Shown here one piece after another: positions 1 through 8,658 of a DNA stretch of 64,000 bases (position 1 is the stretch's first letter; every line of letters begins with the position of its first letter). Location of the stretch: NCBI GenBank assembly GCA_963663765.2, contig CAXXUA010000015.1, positions 480,001 to 544,000 of the forward strand, given 5' to 3'. Origin of the DNA: Candidatus Poribacteria bacterium (lineage in GTDB: Bacteria > Poribacteria > WGA-4E > WGA-3G). The notes under the pieces are model-generated. The model was not told the DNA's origin and made no database searches. It was given only the letters and a program-made list of their open reading frames with translations. The position numbers and the translations under genes are program-made.

Positions 1-810
1 ATGTGTTTTCCATCTTAAACTGTTTCTACTAAACGTAGCTGAACCGTTGCTTGTAACAAGCCCGCTGCCACTATGATCAACCTGTGCAGCCCAACTCTTT
101 ATCATCATGCCGATACCACCGTTTTTGAAATGAACGGTCAGGACAGCATTGTTCTCAACTGCTTGCTCTGCTGGAGGATAGGTGCCACCAAGGGGAACAT
201 GCGTTGTGTATCCATAGACTTTAGTAGCAGCACCATACAACCACAGCCAAATATCAAGAAAATGGATTGCTTGTTCTACAAGCATACCACCAGATTCAGC
301 TTTGACGAAAAGCCATGGATGACGTTCAGGTGAGAAATATCCGATTTGATTAGAATATGCCATCTGTAACGTTCCGAGTGTGCCATCTTCCAGTAATGAT
401 TTTAGTTTCATATAACCCGGATCAAACCGCATCATATAGGCAACCATCAGGAGCACACCAGAATCTTCGGCTGCAGCGACCATCGCGTCTCCTTCAGATA
501 CGTTGCAGCACATCGGTTTTTCCATCAATATATGTTTACCCGCTGCGGCAGCGGCACGTGTAATCTCAAGGTGTGGACGTGGATGCACGCAAACATCAAC
601 AGCATCAATATCCTTTCTGTCCAGCAGTTCACGATAATCTGTGTATGCGTCCGCGCCAAAACGTTCTGCTTGTTCATTAGCACCTAATTCATTGATATCA
701 GCAATTGCAACTATATCTGCGCGTCGGGTCGGTTCATGGTAATATGGAGAGTGGAGGTTACGAAAAATACCACCACATCCGATAATTCCAACTCTGATTC
801 TATCCATCAT
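1..810 (-). CDS. Gfo/Idh/MocA family oxidoreductase (3' end runs off window)
   Basis: Manual minus-strand translation from ATG 810: MMDRIRVGIIGCGGIFRNLHSPYYHEPTRRADIVAIAD (Rossmann motif), later CTHPRPH and LVEKPMA; GGAG RBS upstream; absent from ORF track because no stop in window. Confidence 0.9.
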   Translation of the reverse strand, partial: MMDRIRVGIIGCGGIFRNLHSPYYHEPTRRADIVAIADINELGANEQAERFGADAYTDYRELLDRKDIDAVDVCVHPRPHLEITRAAAAAGKHILMEKPMCCNVSEGDAMVAAAEDSGVLLMVAYMMRFDPGYMKLKSLLEDGTLGTLQMAYSNQIGYFSPERHPWLFVKAESGGMLVEQAIHFLDIWLWLYGAATKVYGYTTHVPLGGTYPPAEQAVENNAVLTVHFKNGGIGMMIKSWAAQVDHSGSGLVTSNGSATFSRNSLRWKTH

Positions 811-1543
811 TTTCTCCTTTCTGAGCACTTACTTTTAAGATTGGAGGTGTTTTATCTTCATCTAACAAAGCAAGTGCTTCTGCAATAACAACATGCTGTC
901 CTGTTGCATTGTTAGGTTCTCCCAATGGGTGTCCAAAACCATAGGGTACGACCAAAGCACGTGGGGGTTTGACCCTCTTAGCAATGCTTTCAATGAGTGC
1001 TATTGAAACCGTACAAATCCCAATTGCTTCAACCGCACGTTGTATCAATCCTACAGATTGATTACACATCGGTCAAACTGGTGTGAGAAATGCAACATTA
1101 ACGCCATCTGATTTCAGAATCTGTGCAACTTCAGGTGCTGTATTCTCAATAAGTTGTTTCGGTTTAGTAATTGACCCCATAAAACTGAAATGTCTATGAT
1201 TTAGTTCTCCGATTATATTGTCTCTTTCTAATTCCCGAAATCTATCAAGCGGGAATACGAGATTTGCATCTGTTTCCATCCCTGTTTCATCATAGGCATC
1301 GCTTCTATGTCCGATTATCAAATCTTGTGTGTTTGTTGAATTTGGAATCTCCCGAAACGTACAATCATTCTTTCCATAACCTTCTTGTCCAGAGAGATAA
1401 TAACCTGCAGTCGTAATGAGTGCAACTTTACATACATTCAGAGGCATAGACATCGGTGTGTGAGGTGACGATAAAAATCTCTCACCTGGATAAAACTGCA
1501 TAAAGAAGCGATATATTCTATCAAGTGTTCGTAATGATACCAT
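800..1543 (-). CDS. GrdB/PrdB-like (glycine/proline reductase selenoprotein B family) selenoprotein, in-frame UGA at 1073-1075
   Basis: ORFs 1073..1543 and 800..1069 share a frame: FLTPV-TGA-PMCNQSVGLIQRAVEAIGI gives a UxxC motif; KVALITTAG, NLVFPLDRFRELE and HFSFMG match the family. Confidence 0.88.
1041..1066 (-). promoter_or_regulatory. Putative bacterial SECIS hairpin
   Basis: Minus strand TGT-A-ATCAATC-TGTAG-GATTGAT-ACA stem-loop; G-containing apical loop about 17 nt 3' of the UGA. Confidence 0.7.
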
Positions 1544-1996
1544 AGTTTATTCTGCAAAAATTTAGAGATTATCTGTCAGGGTTATTCAGTTTTCCTAATA
1601 TTTGAATTTTTAAAAATAACCACGCGGTAGGAGCGACCCAGTGAATGCCAACAGGCATTCATACCGTTGATTTCTTGATTTGAAAATCCTTGTTCAGACA
1701 TAAAACTAAAGGGAATTAGTCGTTTTGGGATTCAATAAGACTGCTATAAGCCTATACAATAAGACTGCTATAAGCCTATACATAGAGTGGATTTATGGCT
1801 TGTTTTAATTACAATATATGATACAATCAATACCTTCGCCAATAATAGACATTCTTCCAGATTGTGCATGTAGTTGTAGCACATTCTGCCAGATTGTGCG
1901 TGTAGTTGTAGCACATTCTGCCAGATTGTGCATATAAATTATTCTGACAGATTGCTGATATAGTCATTTCTATTGTCAAATTAGACGCTATGATAA

Positions 1997-2369
1997 CAGG
2001 GTTATTCAGTTTTCAATATTTTTGATAATATTTTACTATGTCGTTAATTTTATGTGTTGCCATCTTGTCCGTGTCTTTAGTCCCGTAGGGACGATATGTT
2101 TATAGAAAAATGTTATCTACCCCTCTTGAGTTCCGTAGGAACGGCATAGAAGAATAAACATATCGTCCCTACGGAACTAAAGAACTGGGGAGGGCATTCG
2201 TTTTCTATAAACATATCGTCCCTACGGGACTAAAGACCGATGTTCAGGATTCAATAATCTAAAATTGATGTCTAAAATTGATGTATAAGGTGCAGTTAGG
2301 AAACTGCATTTGGGTATTAACTTTCAGTAAATCAAAATAACAGAAAACTTTTAAAATTGAATAACCCTG
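1997..2369. mobile_element. MITE with ISAs1-type ends carrying GTCCCGTAGGGAC REP-like hairpins
   Basis: Ends CAGGGTTATTCAGTTTT / AAAATTGAATAACCCTG match the ISAs1 IRs at 45921 and 47235; shorter inverted relative at 55137-55358. Confidence 0.8.
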
Positions 2370-2607
2370 ACCAAAACGGAACTTTCTTTGCTCCAGCGGA
2401 GCAATATGTTTATAGGCACATTGTCAGCCCGTATCCCCGCTCCAGCGGAGCGGTATGTTGGAGCCGCACATAACACTCCGCTGGAGCACATCATTTTCTC
2501 CAGTTTCACAATTGGACTAAACTCGGAGAAAAATAGACGTTCTGTTGAATAATCAACTTCTACAAGATGATAATTGTCCAAACTATAGTAGACGTTATGA
2601 TAATTAA

Positions 2608-2731
2608 ACAGGACTTACGCAAAAAAGGTAGGCGTGCTTTGTAAGCGCGCTGGAAACCCATAAAAACGCTGATAATTGCATCATTTTCAACATAAATTTT
2701 GATTAAATCAAGAAAACTGCGTAAGTCCTGT
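2608..2731. mobile_element. MITE with ACAGGACTTACGCA terminal inverted repeats
   Basis: ACAGGACTTACGCA ... TGCGTAAGTCCTGT; related ends near 5760, 12060, 19351, 42637, 52063, 56651-56835. Confidence 0.7.
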
Positions 2732-2999
2732 TAAAAATACTTCAACGAAAACCTGAAGTAATTTTTATTTATGTAATTCTAACAATATCACAGAGCAATG
2801 GTAAATCAACACTATATACTCATTCAACTGAAGCACTCAAAAATGGCGAAGGTATTGATACAATATTGATAAGTATTAGGGGTTGTCAACCCTCTAAATG
2901 AACTAGAAAAAAGAGTTGTTTTTTCTGATGTTCAACTTATCTGATTATTGTATCAGAATTCATCAGAAAAAACAACTCCTAAATCAATAGGAGTATCTG

Positions 3000-3893
3000 A
3001 TGGATTTGATCAAAGTAATGGAACGATTCCCTAATCAAGGGGCGTGTATTGAACATCTTGAGGGGATACGTTGGGGAAATAAGTCCAGTTGTCCGTAGTG
3101 TGAAGGTAAACACACCTAAAACGCAAAATAAGAACGGCAGAGGAAGCATTAGACGCTGGCACTGTGGAGATTGTGGTGCATCGTTCAAAGTGACCAGTGG
3201 CACAATCTTTCAAGGCACAAAGATACCGCTGCAGAAGTGGTTTTTAGCGATTGTGCTGATGGTAAATGCAAAGAAAAGTTTATCAAGTTGCCAACTTGCA
3301 CACGATTTAGGGATGCAACAACCTGCTGCATGGTGTATATTGATGAAGATACGCGTAGAAATGGCGAAAAATTCATCGTTATTAGAAGGGATCGTTGAAG
3401 CTGATGAAACTTACATCGGGGGAAACGCAAGAAGGATTATGACCGAGACGAAGATGAACCCCGTAAACGCTGTCGTGGCACAATGAAAGACGCTGTTATC
3501 GGTTGCTGGTGGCACGCAATGGATACGTTGTTGCTGAAATGATACCTGACATCTCTGGTGAAACGATTGCGAACTTTATACGCGAAAATGTGGATACGAA
3601 AAATGCGACACTCTATACGGATCAATTTACAGGATATAATATCATCGGGAAAGATATGAAACACGAAACTCTGAACCGAAGTTAACAATGGAAAGCAGGT
3701 GAACTTCATACGAACACGATTGAAGTGTTTTGGTCATTTGTCAAACGCGCTTGGTATGGTAGTCACCATCACTATACTATTCAACTGGATATACGCCTAT
3801 GTATCTGGCAGAGACATGCTATAAGTATAACTTTAGGAGCATTGACATCTTTGAAAAGTTTGTAAATGAAAGTGTAAGTTTCAACAGACAGTA
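3000..3893 (+). pseudogene. IS1595-family transposase, degraded
   Basis: MDLIKVMERFPNQ..CIEHLE.IRWG start, Zn-ribbon CGDC, GTIFQGTKIPLQKWF, VEADETYIGG, LYTD, HTNTIE.FWS; split by stops and frameshifts. Confidence 0.88.
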
Positions 3894-3960
3894 ATTTTGA
3901 AATAAGATTTTATGCTTTAATGTGGCGTATCCTTATGCAATTCCATGAGTTCTATATTAA

Positions 3961-4358
3961 CGAGTTGTGCTAAATAACTATATGTTAATCATTGTTTCAC
4001 ATAAGCATGACGTTTTGCTGGTGTCCTTCATAGTTTGAAACGATCTTCAGTCCCGACAAATGCCATACGGGGAATGCCTTAATGGCATTCATACCCGGGG
4101 AATGCCAAAAGGCATTCATACCGTTGATTTCTTGATTTGGCGCATTTGGCGTTGATTTGGTAGGGACGATATGTTTATAGAAAAACGTCATAGTACATCC
4201 TCTTTAGTCCCGACAAATGCCATACGGGGAATGCCTTAATGGCATTCATACCGTTGATTTGGCGCATTTGGCGTTGATTTGGTAGGGACGATATGTGTGC
4301 ATTATAAACCTAATATATGTAAAAACTTTGAAAACAATGGGTTAACTGACACAAGTCG
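3961..4358. mobile_element. MITE (CGAGTTGTGCTAAATAAC ... GTTAACTGACACAAGTCG) with nested REP and GGGAATGCC modules
   Basis: Imperfect terminal IRs; relatives at about 41981-42165 and 42287-42455. Confidence 0.65.
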
Positions 4359-4469
4359 TTAAGATTGTAATTAATATAACAGAGGTTAACTAAACTTTGC
4401 AACTAAATCATTATAATGTCTATTCTATCATACTTGTGCTTATTTTCTCAATATATTCCTTATCTACCC

Positions 4470-4660
4470 CAGGGTTATTCAGTTTTCCTAATATTTGGAT
4501 TTTTCAAAAAAGAAACCCCGCGGTAGGAGCGACCCGGGGAATACCAAAAGGCATTCATACCCGGGGAATGCCATACGCGCATTCATACCGTTGATTTCTT
4601 GATTTGCCGGTCGCGATTTTCTCAGGAAACAGCAAAAATGCATAAAACTGAATAAACCTG
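4470..4660. mobile_element. ISAs1-type MITE with 9-bp target duplication
   Basis: IRs CAGGGTTATTCAGTTTT / AAAACTGAATAAACCTG; TATCTACCC at 4461-4469 and 4661-4669. Confidence 0.85.
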
Positions 4661-4686
4661 TATCTACCCCGCGTATGAGTGACCTA

Positions 4687-4722
4687 AGAATCCCCCATGC
4701 TTTAGCGGGGAGAGTATGTCAA
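4687..4722 (+). mobile_element. IS200/IS605-type right-end remnant
   Basis: GAATCCCCCATGCTTTAGCGGGGAGAGTATGTCAA: hairpin followed by TCAA; its TCA supplies the stop codon of ORF 4719..5036. Confidence 0.55.
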
Positions 4723-5036
4723 GACTTATCTAATGGATCAAGAGAAGACAGATCAGAATTGATAGGTTGAAAAATTCGCCAAGTGCTTCCTGGACCTTTG
4801 GAAATATTTTCGGCAAGTCCTTTTTCTTGTAAGTATCTCAATGCTGTTTTAATAGGGTTTGTTTTGGCGGTAGATAAAAGACCCCCCTGTGATTCATGAT
4901 ACTGGAAGACCGCTTTGTCAATTTCGCGTCTACTGATTGTTTTTCCTGCGAATAATTCTAAAATCAGTTTTTTGGCAATTTTAGGTTTAAGGCGTGTATC
5001 TTTATATTTGTAATTATTATTCATTTTTACTTCCAT
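4719..5036 (-). CDS. Small basic winged-helix-like protein, possibly C-terminally truncated
   Basis: ORF track; LILELFAG...ALRYLQEKGLAENIS..GSTWRI wHTH-like pattern; GGAA/ATG context; preceded by island motif at 5092-5119. Confidence 0.55.
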   Translation of the reverse strand: MEVKMNNNYKYKDTRLKPKIAKKLILELFAGKTISRREIDKAVFQYHESQGGLLSTAKTNPIKTALRYLQEKGLAENISKGPGSTWRIFQPINSDLSSLDPLDKS

Positions 5037-5091
5037 TGTTTTGTAGTGTTATAAGATAATAGACAATATCAGATTCCTTGTACATATTAAA

Positions 5092-5119
5092 GACACGATT
5101 TAGAAAGGAAAAGGGTGCA
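5092..5119 (-). promoter_or_regulatory. Island motif (putative ECF promoter)
   Basis: Reverse complement TGCACCCTTTT-CCTTTCTAAA-TCGTGTCTTTAAT pointing at ORF 4719..5036. Confidence 0.65.
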
Positions 5120-5282
5120 TAACGTGGAAATTAATGGGTTGCTTACTAACGCAACAATTACCGCTCTTTTACCTGATTTACTTCGGTGTGCAAGTTATAC
5201 CGCGTATCAACCACCATTGCTCTCCGCATTCCGAGATGATTTGATACAAATCGCTACCATCACTGTTTGAAAAAGACCCTAT

Positions 5283-6371
5283 GTTCAATCCTACACAATT
5301 AAAAACGTTCCTGATATGAATACCGAATGTTCTGTGGATGAACTTGTTTGGTAGTTATCCATTGCCAATTTTGAGAAAATCCTATCTCAACTCCTTGAAA
5401 ATGTGACTCCGCGTGAACAAATGATTATTTGCGATTGCAACTCTCTAACCCTTCAATAATCTTCATGTTAGTAAATTTAGTAAATATTTTCTTATTATGC
5501 ACCCTTTTCGATCTAATACTGTGTCTTTAATTATGAAGGTATCAATAATCTTCATGTTAGTAAATTTAGTAAATATTTTCTTATTATGCACCCTTTTCGA
5601 TCTAATACTGTGTCTTTAATTATGAAGGTATCAATAATCTTCATGTTAGTAAATTTAGTAAATATTTTCTTATTATGCACCCTTTTCGATCTAATACTGT
5701 GTCTTTAATTATGAAGGTATCAAATACCTTTGTTTGGGAAAATCAAAACCAAGCATTATTGCGTAAGTCCTATCGTTTATCAATAACTTGAGAACATTGC
5801 ATCATATTTAATGTTCTTGTTATTGTTGTCCATAAAGGAAGACATGAAAAGTTTACAAAAAGGTAAATGTGAGAAGTTTCCAAGAACACCCGTGGATAGT
5901 TTCCTTGAGTCGTTGCGATTTGCGAAGGCAAAACCGCATATTCCGAAAGGTGCATGTCTTTTAGGTATCGGTACAGGAGATGGTGCTTTCTTACGACACC
6001 TCAATGGACATTTCCACATCGGCGTTGGAATTGATGCAAATCTAACCGAATCCGTTGAATTTGCGGATTATCATCTTGTGAAAGGATACTTTCCACACGA
6101 CTTTGACACAAACAAAACCTTTGATGTCATTACGATGTTGGCGACTGTTGAACATATACCGATGGGGATGCTCCCAAAAGTCGTGGATATGTGTTGGGAT
6201 TACTTCAAACCAGGTGGGCACGTTATTATTACTGTGCCTCATCCTCGTATGGATGGACTTCTGGATTTCCTGAAAAAAACCAGGATAGTCGAAGGTTTCT
6301 CTATGCATGAACATTACGGTTTTGATCCTGAATGTCTGCCAGATGTTTTAACCGTTGGCAACTTGTCCAAA
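5283..6371 (+). repeat. ~1-kb direct repeat, copy 1 (copy 2 at 11682-12673)
   Basis: Near-identical from GTTCAATCCTACAC to CAACTTGTCCAAA; contains the promoter repeats and the methyltransferase. Confidence 0.95.
5454..5722 (+). repeat. 3 x 89-bp tandem repeat, each unit holding the island motif (5498, 5587, 5676)
   Basis: Units start at 5454, 5543, 5632; only two units in the second copy (motifs at 11888, 11977). Confidence 0.95.
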
Positions 6372-6386
6372 CTATCGGAAATATAA
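5811..6386 (+). pseudogene. Class I SAM-dependent methyltransferase, damaged copy
   Basis: Near-identical to 12112..12726, but motif I reads LLGIGTG (D>G), there is a 1-nt loss near 6345 and the C-terminus is truncated at the repeat boundary. Confidence 0.75.
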
Positions 6387-6448
6387 GATGCCTTGATGCA
6401 TCTATATTCTATTCAACTTTAAGTATGAAAGAATAAAGGAGAATTATT

Positions 6449-7090
6449 ATGTTTAAAAAAGAACGTAGAATCCAACTCGCCATCGTTTTCTTAGTAGGAA
6501 TGTTCATTCTCGGTGGTACCCTGCTCAACATCGCCAACGGAGGAGAGAAGGTCCATGATATTGACATTGATGAAGATGGAAATGTTGATGTTGTGGTCAC
6601 CGTTACAACTGATATAAGTATTGAAGATGAAGACGAACATCAAAATGCAAAACCTGAAGATTTAGCTACCTTCTCCGCGCCTACACCCTACTGGTATTTA
6701 GCAGATGATTTAACAAATGGGGGAGGATCAGTTTCCGTGAGTGGAACCCGTATTGATGATGACGGAAATGAAATTGGGAAGGTTTCCGTTTATGGTGGTG
6801 TTTCTGTCTCCGTAGACTTTGACAATCTTAATGTGACATCCTATTATTGGGCTTACGCGTCCAGCAACGTCTCTGGCGACAACAATGATTGGGATGAACA
6901 TCACACTTGGGTTCAGGTTCCCGGTAAGAATAAATCCTTCCATTCGTATTCTACAATGGATACTACCACCTATGTGGAAACCATTCCAGAGTTCTTTGAT
7001 AATCTTGAAGACAAGGTTATGGGGGCATACGCTATGCTAAGTACGAAAGGTGCACGAATCGAGGTCGAATTTAAGGCTGAGGGTCAATAA
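6449..7090 (+). CDS. Secreted acidic hypothetical protein (cassette gene A)
   Basis: N-terminal signal/TM segment; RIDDDGNEIGKVSVYGG resembles RLDDDGNTLGSVAVAGG in 38835..39440; AAGGAG RBS. Confidence 0.8.
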   Translation: MFKKERRIQLAIVFLVGMFILGGTLLNIANGGEKVHDIDIDEDGNVDVVVTVTTDISIEDEDEHQNAKPEDLATFSAPTPYWYLADDLTNGGGSVSVSGTRIDDDGNEIGKVSVYGGVSVSVDFDNLNVTSYYWAYASSNVSGDNNDWDEHHTWVQVPGKNKSFHSYSTMDTTTYVETIPEFFDNLEDKVMGAYAMLSTKGARIEVEFKAEGQ

Positions 7091-7563
7091 TGGACTGTCT
7101 ACGTGTTCTCGTAACCCTTTTCATTATTACACTGAGTTTCTACCCGCAGACCGGGTGTAAACAGAAGGGGGACACTACGTCCCCCTCCACATCACAACCA
7201 AGTGAAGATAATAAAAAGAAGCTCGTGGAAATAACAGTTGGTGGCAAAGTCTGGAAAGTTGATCCAAATCTCTCCTATCAAGCGACAGGTGTGTGGACAA
7301 ACCCGAAACCAAGATTACTTAGTGATGAAGAAAGAGAACGGATCCAGGAAATACCCGCATTGATCCAAACATTGAAAATGCAGATTGATGAACTTGACAA
7401 GGAAATGAGATACCTTGAACGTATTGAAGAAACACAGATAAAAATTCGTTATAACTTCGGAAAATCACCCGATCTTTCACCTAAAGGCAATAGAGAAATA
7501 ATTGATTTAGGTGAATTCCCAATGGAAATGGAAAATCCTAAGAAAATACCCACAGAACAATAG
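7090..7563 (+). CDS. Lipoprotein, hypothetical (cassette gene B)
   Basis: Lipobox-like QTGC; GGKVWK..P.LSYQATGVWTNP and DLGEFPMEMENP shared with 38220..38735. Confidence 0.82.
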   Translation: MDCLRVLVTLFIITLSFYPQTGCKQKGDTTSPSTSQPSEDNKKKLVEITVGGKVWKVDPNLSYQATGVWTNPKPRLLSDEERERIQEIPALIQTLKMQIDELDKEMRYLERIEETQIKIRYNFGKSPDLSPKGNREIIDLGEFPMEMENPKKIPTEQ

Positions 7564-7571
7564 GAGCTATC

Positions 7572-8600
7572 ATGAAATCCTTTATTAGATTCCTCTGCTT
7601 ATGCATGCTTTTACTACTTCCATTTGCAACACATGCAAGGAACACCGCAGAGTTCGCTGGGGAAGTTATCTTTAAAAATCGAGGGAAAGAAGAACTTTAC
7701 AACGAGCTTTGGATTACCCATATTGAGGACCCAGGGAACGCACGGCTGCTTTATAAACACAATGAGGGAGAAAGGATCATTAAATATGCCATACAGAAAG
7801 ATGGTCCCAACATCGCCATTTCTGCAGGACGTATACCATATGACATTTTCCTAATTAATAGAAATCAACTGAGCAAAGGAGCACGCAACCTTACAAATAA
7901 AAGATTTAATGATATTTGGAGTGTTGACATCTCATCCAACGGAGATATTCTCTTTAGAAACTCACATCCAGTTCCCTTTCCAGAAGTGATTGTAGGGCTT
8001 TATCTCATGCCAAATGATGAAGTCAAAAAGGTAAAACCACAAGCTACACTATTAAAAGAAGGGTCAATAAACTTTGTCCGTTGGTCGCCCGATAACGAAC
8101 ATTTTATATATTTAGATCGGTTTGCCACGGGTCTTTATCTTTACAATCTCCGCACCGGAGAAGATACACTTATCACCAAAGATAATGTGCAGTCTACTCT
8201 CTTATATCCTGCTTTCTCACCGGATGGCAAAAAGCTTGCTTTTATTTATCAACCTAAGATTGAACCTGGTTTTGAACTTGACGTTATTTCACTTGAGACC
8301 CTGTATCCCCAGTTGCTCCCAAATGACCCTAATGGAGATTTGAGATTTAGTCGCATCAAATGGCCTGCGGAAAAGTATCTTGTCTATAGCAAACACGATA
8401 GTCAGAGACAGTCAACAAAAGCAACGCATTTCGTAATCCGCATTGATGGAGGGCCTCCAGAACAAATATTAGAGGGTATGGAGAAGATGTTTGAAAATGG
8501 ACTACCAGTTTTTAAGTTGGGAAACACAACGTTCGCTGTTGAACCCACAAACCGACTAACAACCGTATGGGGAAAACTCAAAACACGCAACCTAAAGTAG
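7572..8600 (+). CDS. TolB-like/PD40 beta-propeller with C-terminal VEP..RLTT.WGKLK tail
   Basis: Signal peptide; WSPD and PAFSPDGKKLAF repeats. Confidence 0.85.
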   Translation: MKSFIRFLCLCMLLLLPFATHARNTAEFAGEVIFKNRGKEELYNELWITHIEDPGNARLLYKHNEGERIIKYAIQKDGPNIAISAGRIPYDIFLINRNQLSKGARNLTNKRFNDIWSVDISSNGDILFRNSHPVPFPEVIVGLYLMPNDEVKKVKPQATLLKEGSINFVRWSPDNEHFIYLDRFATGLYLYNLRTGEDTLITKDNVQSTLLYPAFSPDGKKLAFIYQPKIEPGFELDVISLETLYPQLLPNDPNGDLRFSRIKWPAEKYLVYSKHDSQRQSTKATHFVIRIDGGPPEQILEGMEKMFENGLPVFKLGNTTFAVEPTNRLTTVWGKLKTRNLK

Positions 8601-8658
8601 ACCTAAAACAAGTCAGCAAACGTCAATCATAGGTGCTGCCCGCCCCGGGTCCTAAAAT

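Noticed and set aside
73-563. Two short plus-strand ORFs
   Set aside because: Antisense to the Gfo/Idh/MocA gene at 1-810
1734-1935. Short tandem duplications (24 bp x2; about 33 bp x2-3)
   Set aside because: Look like local slippage duplications with no further structure
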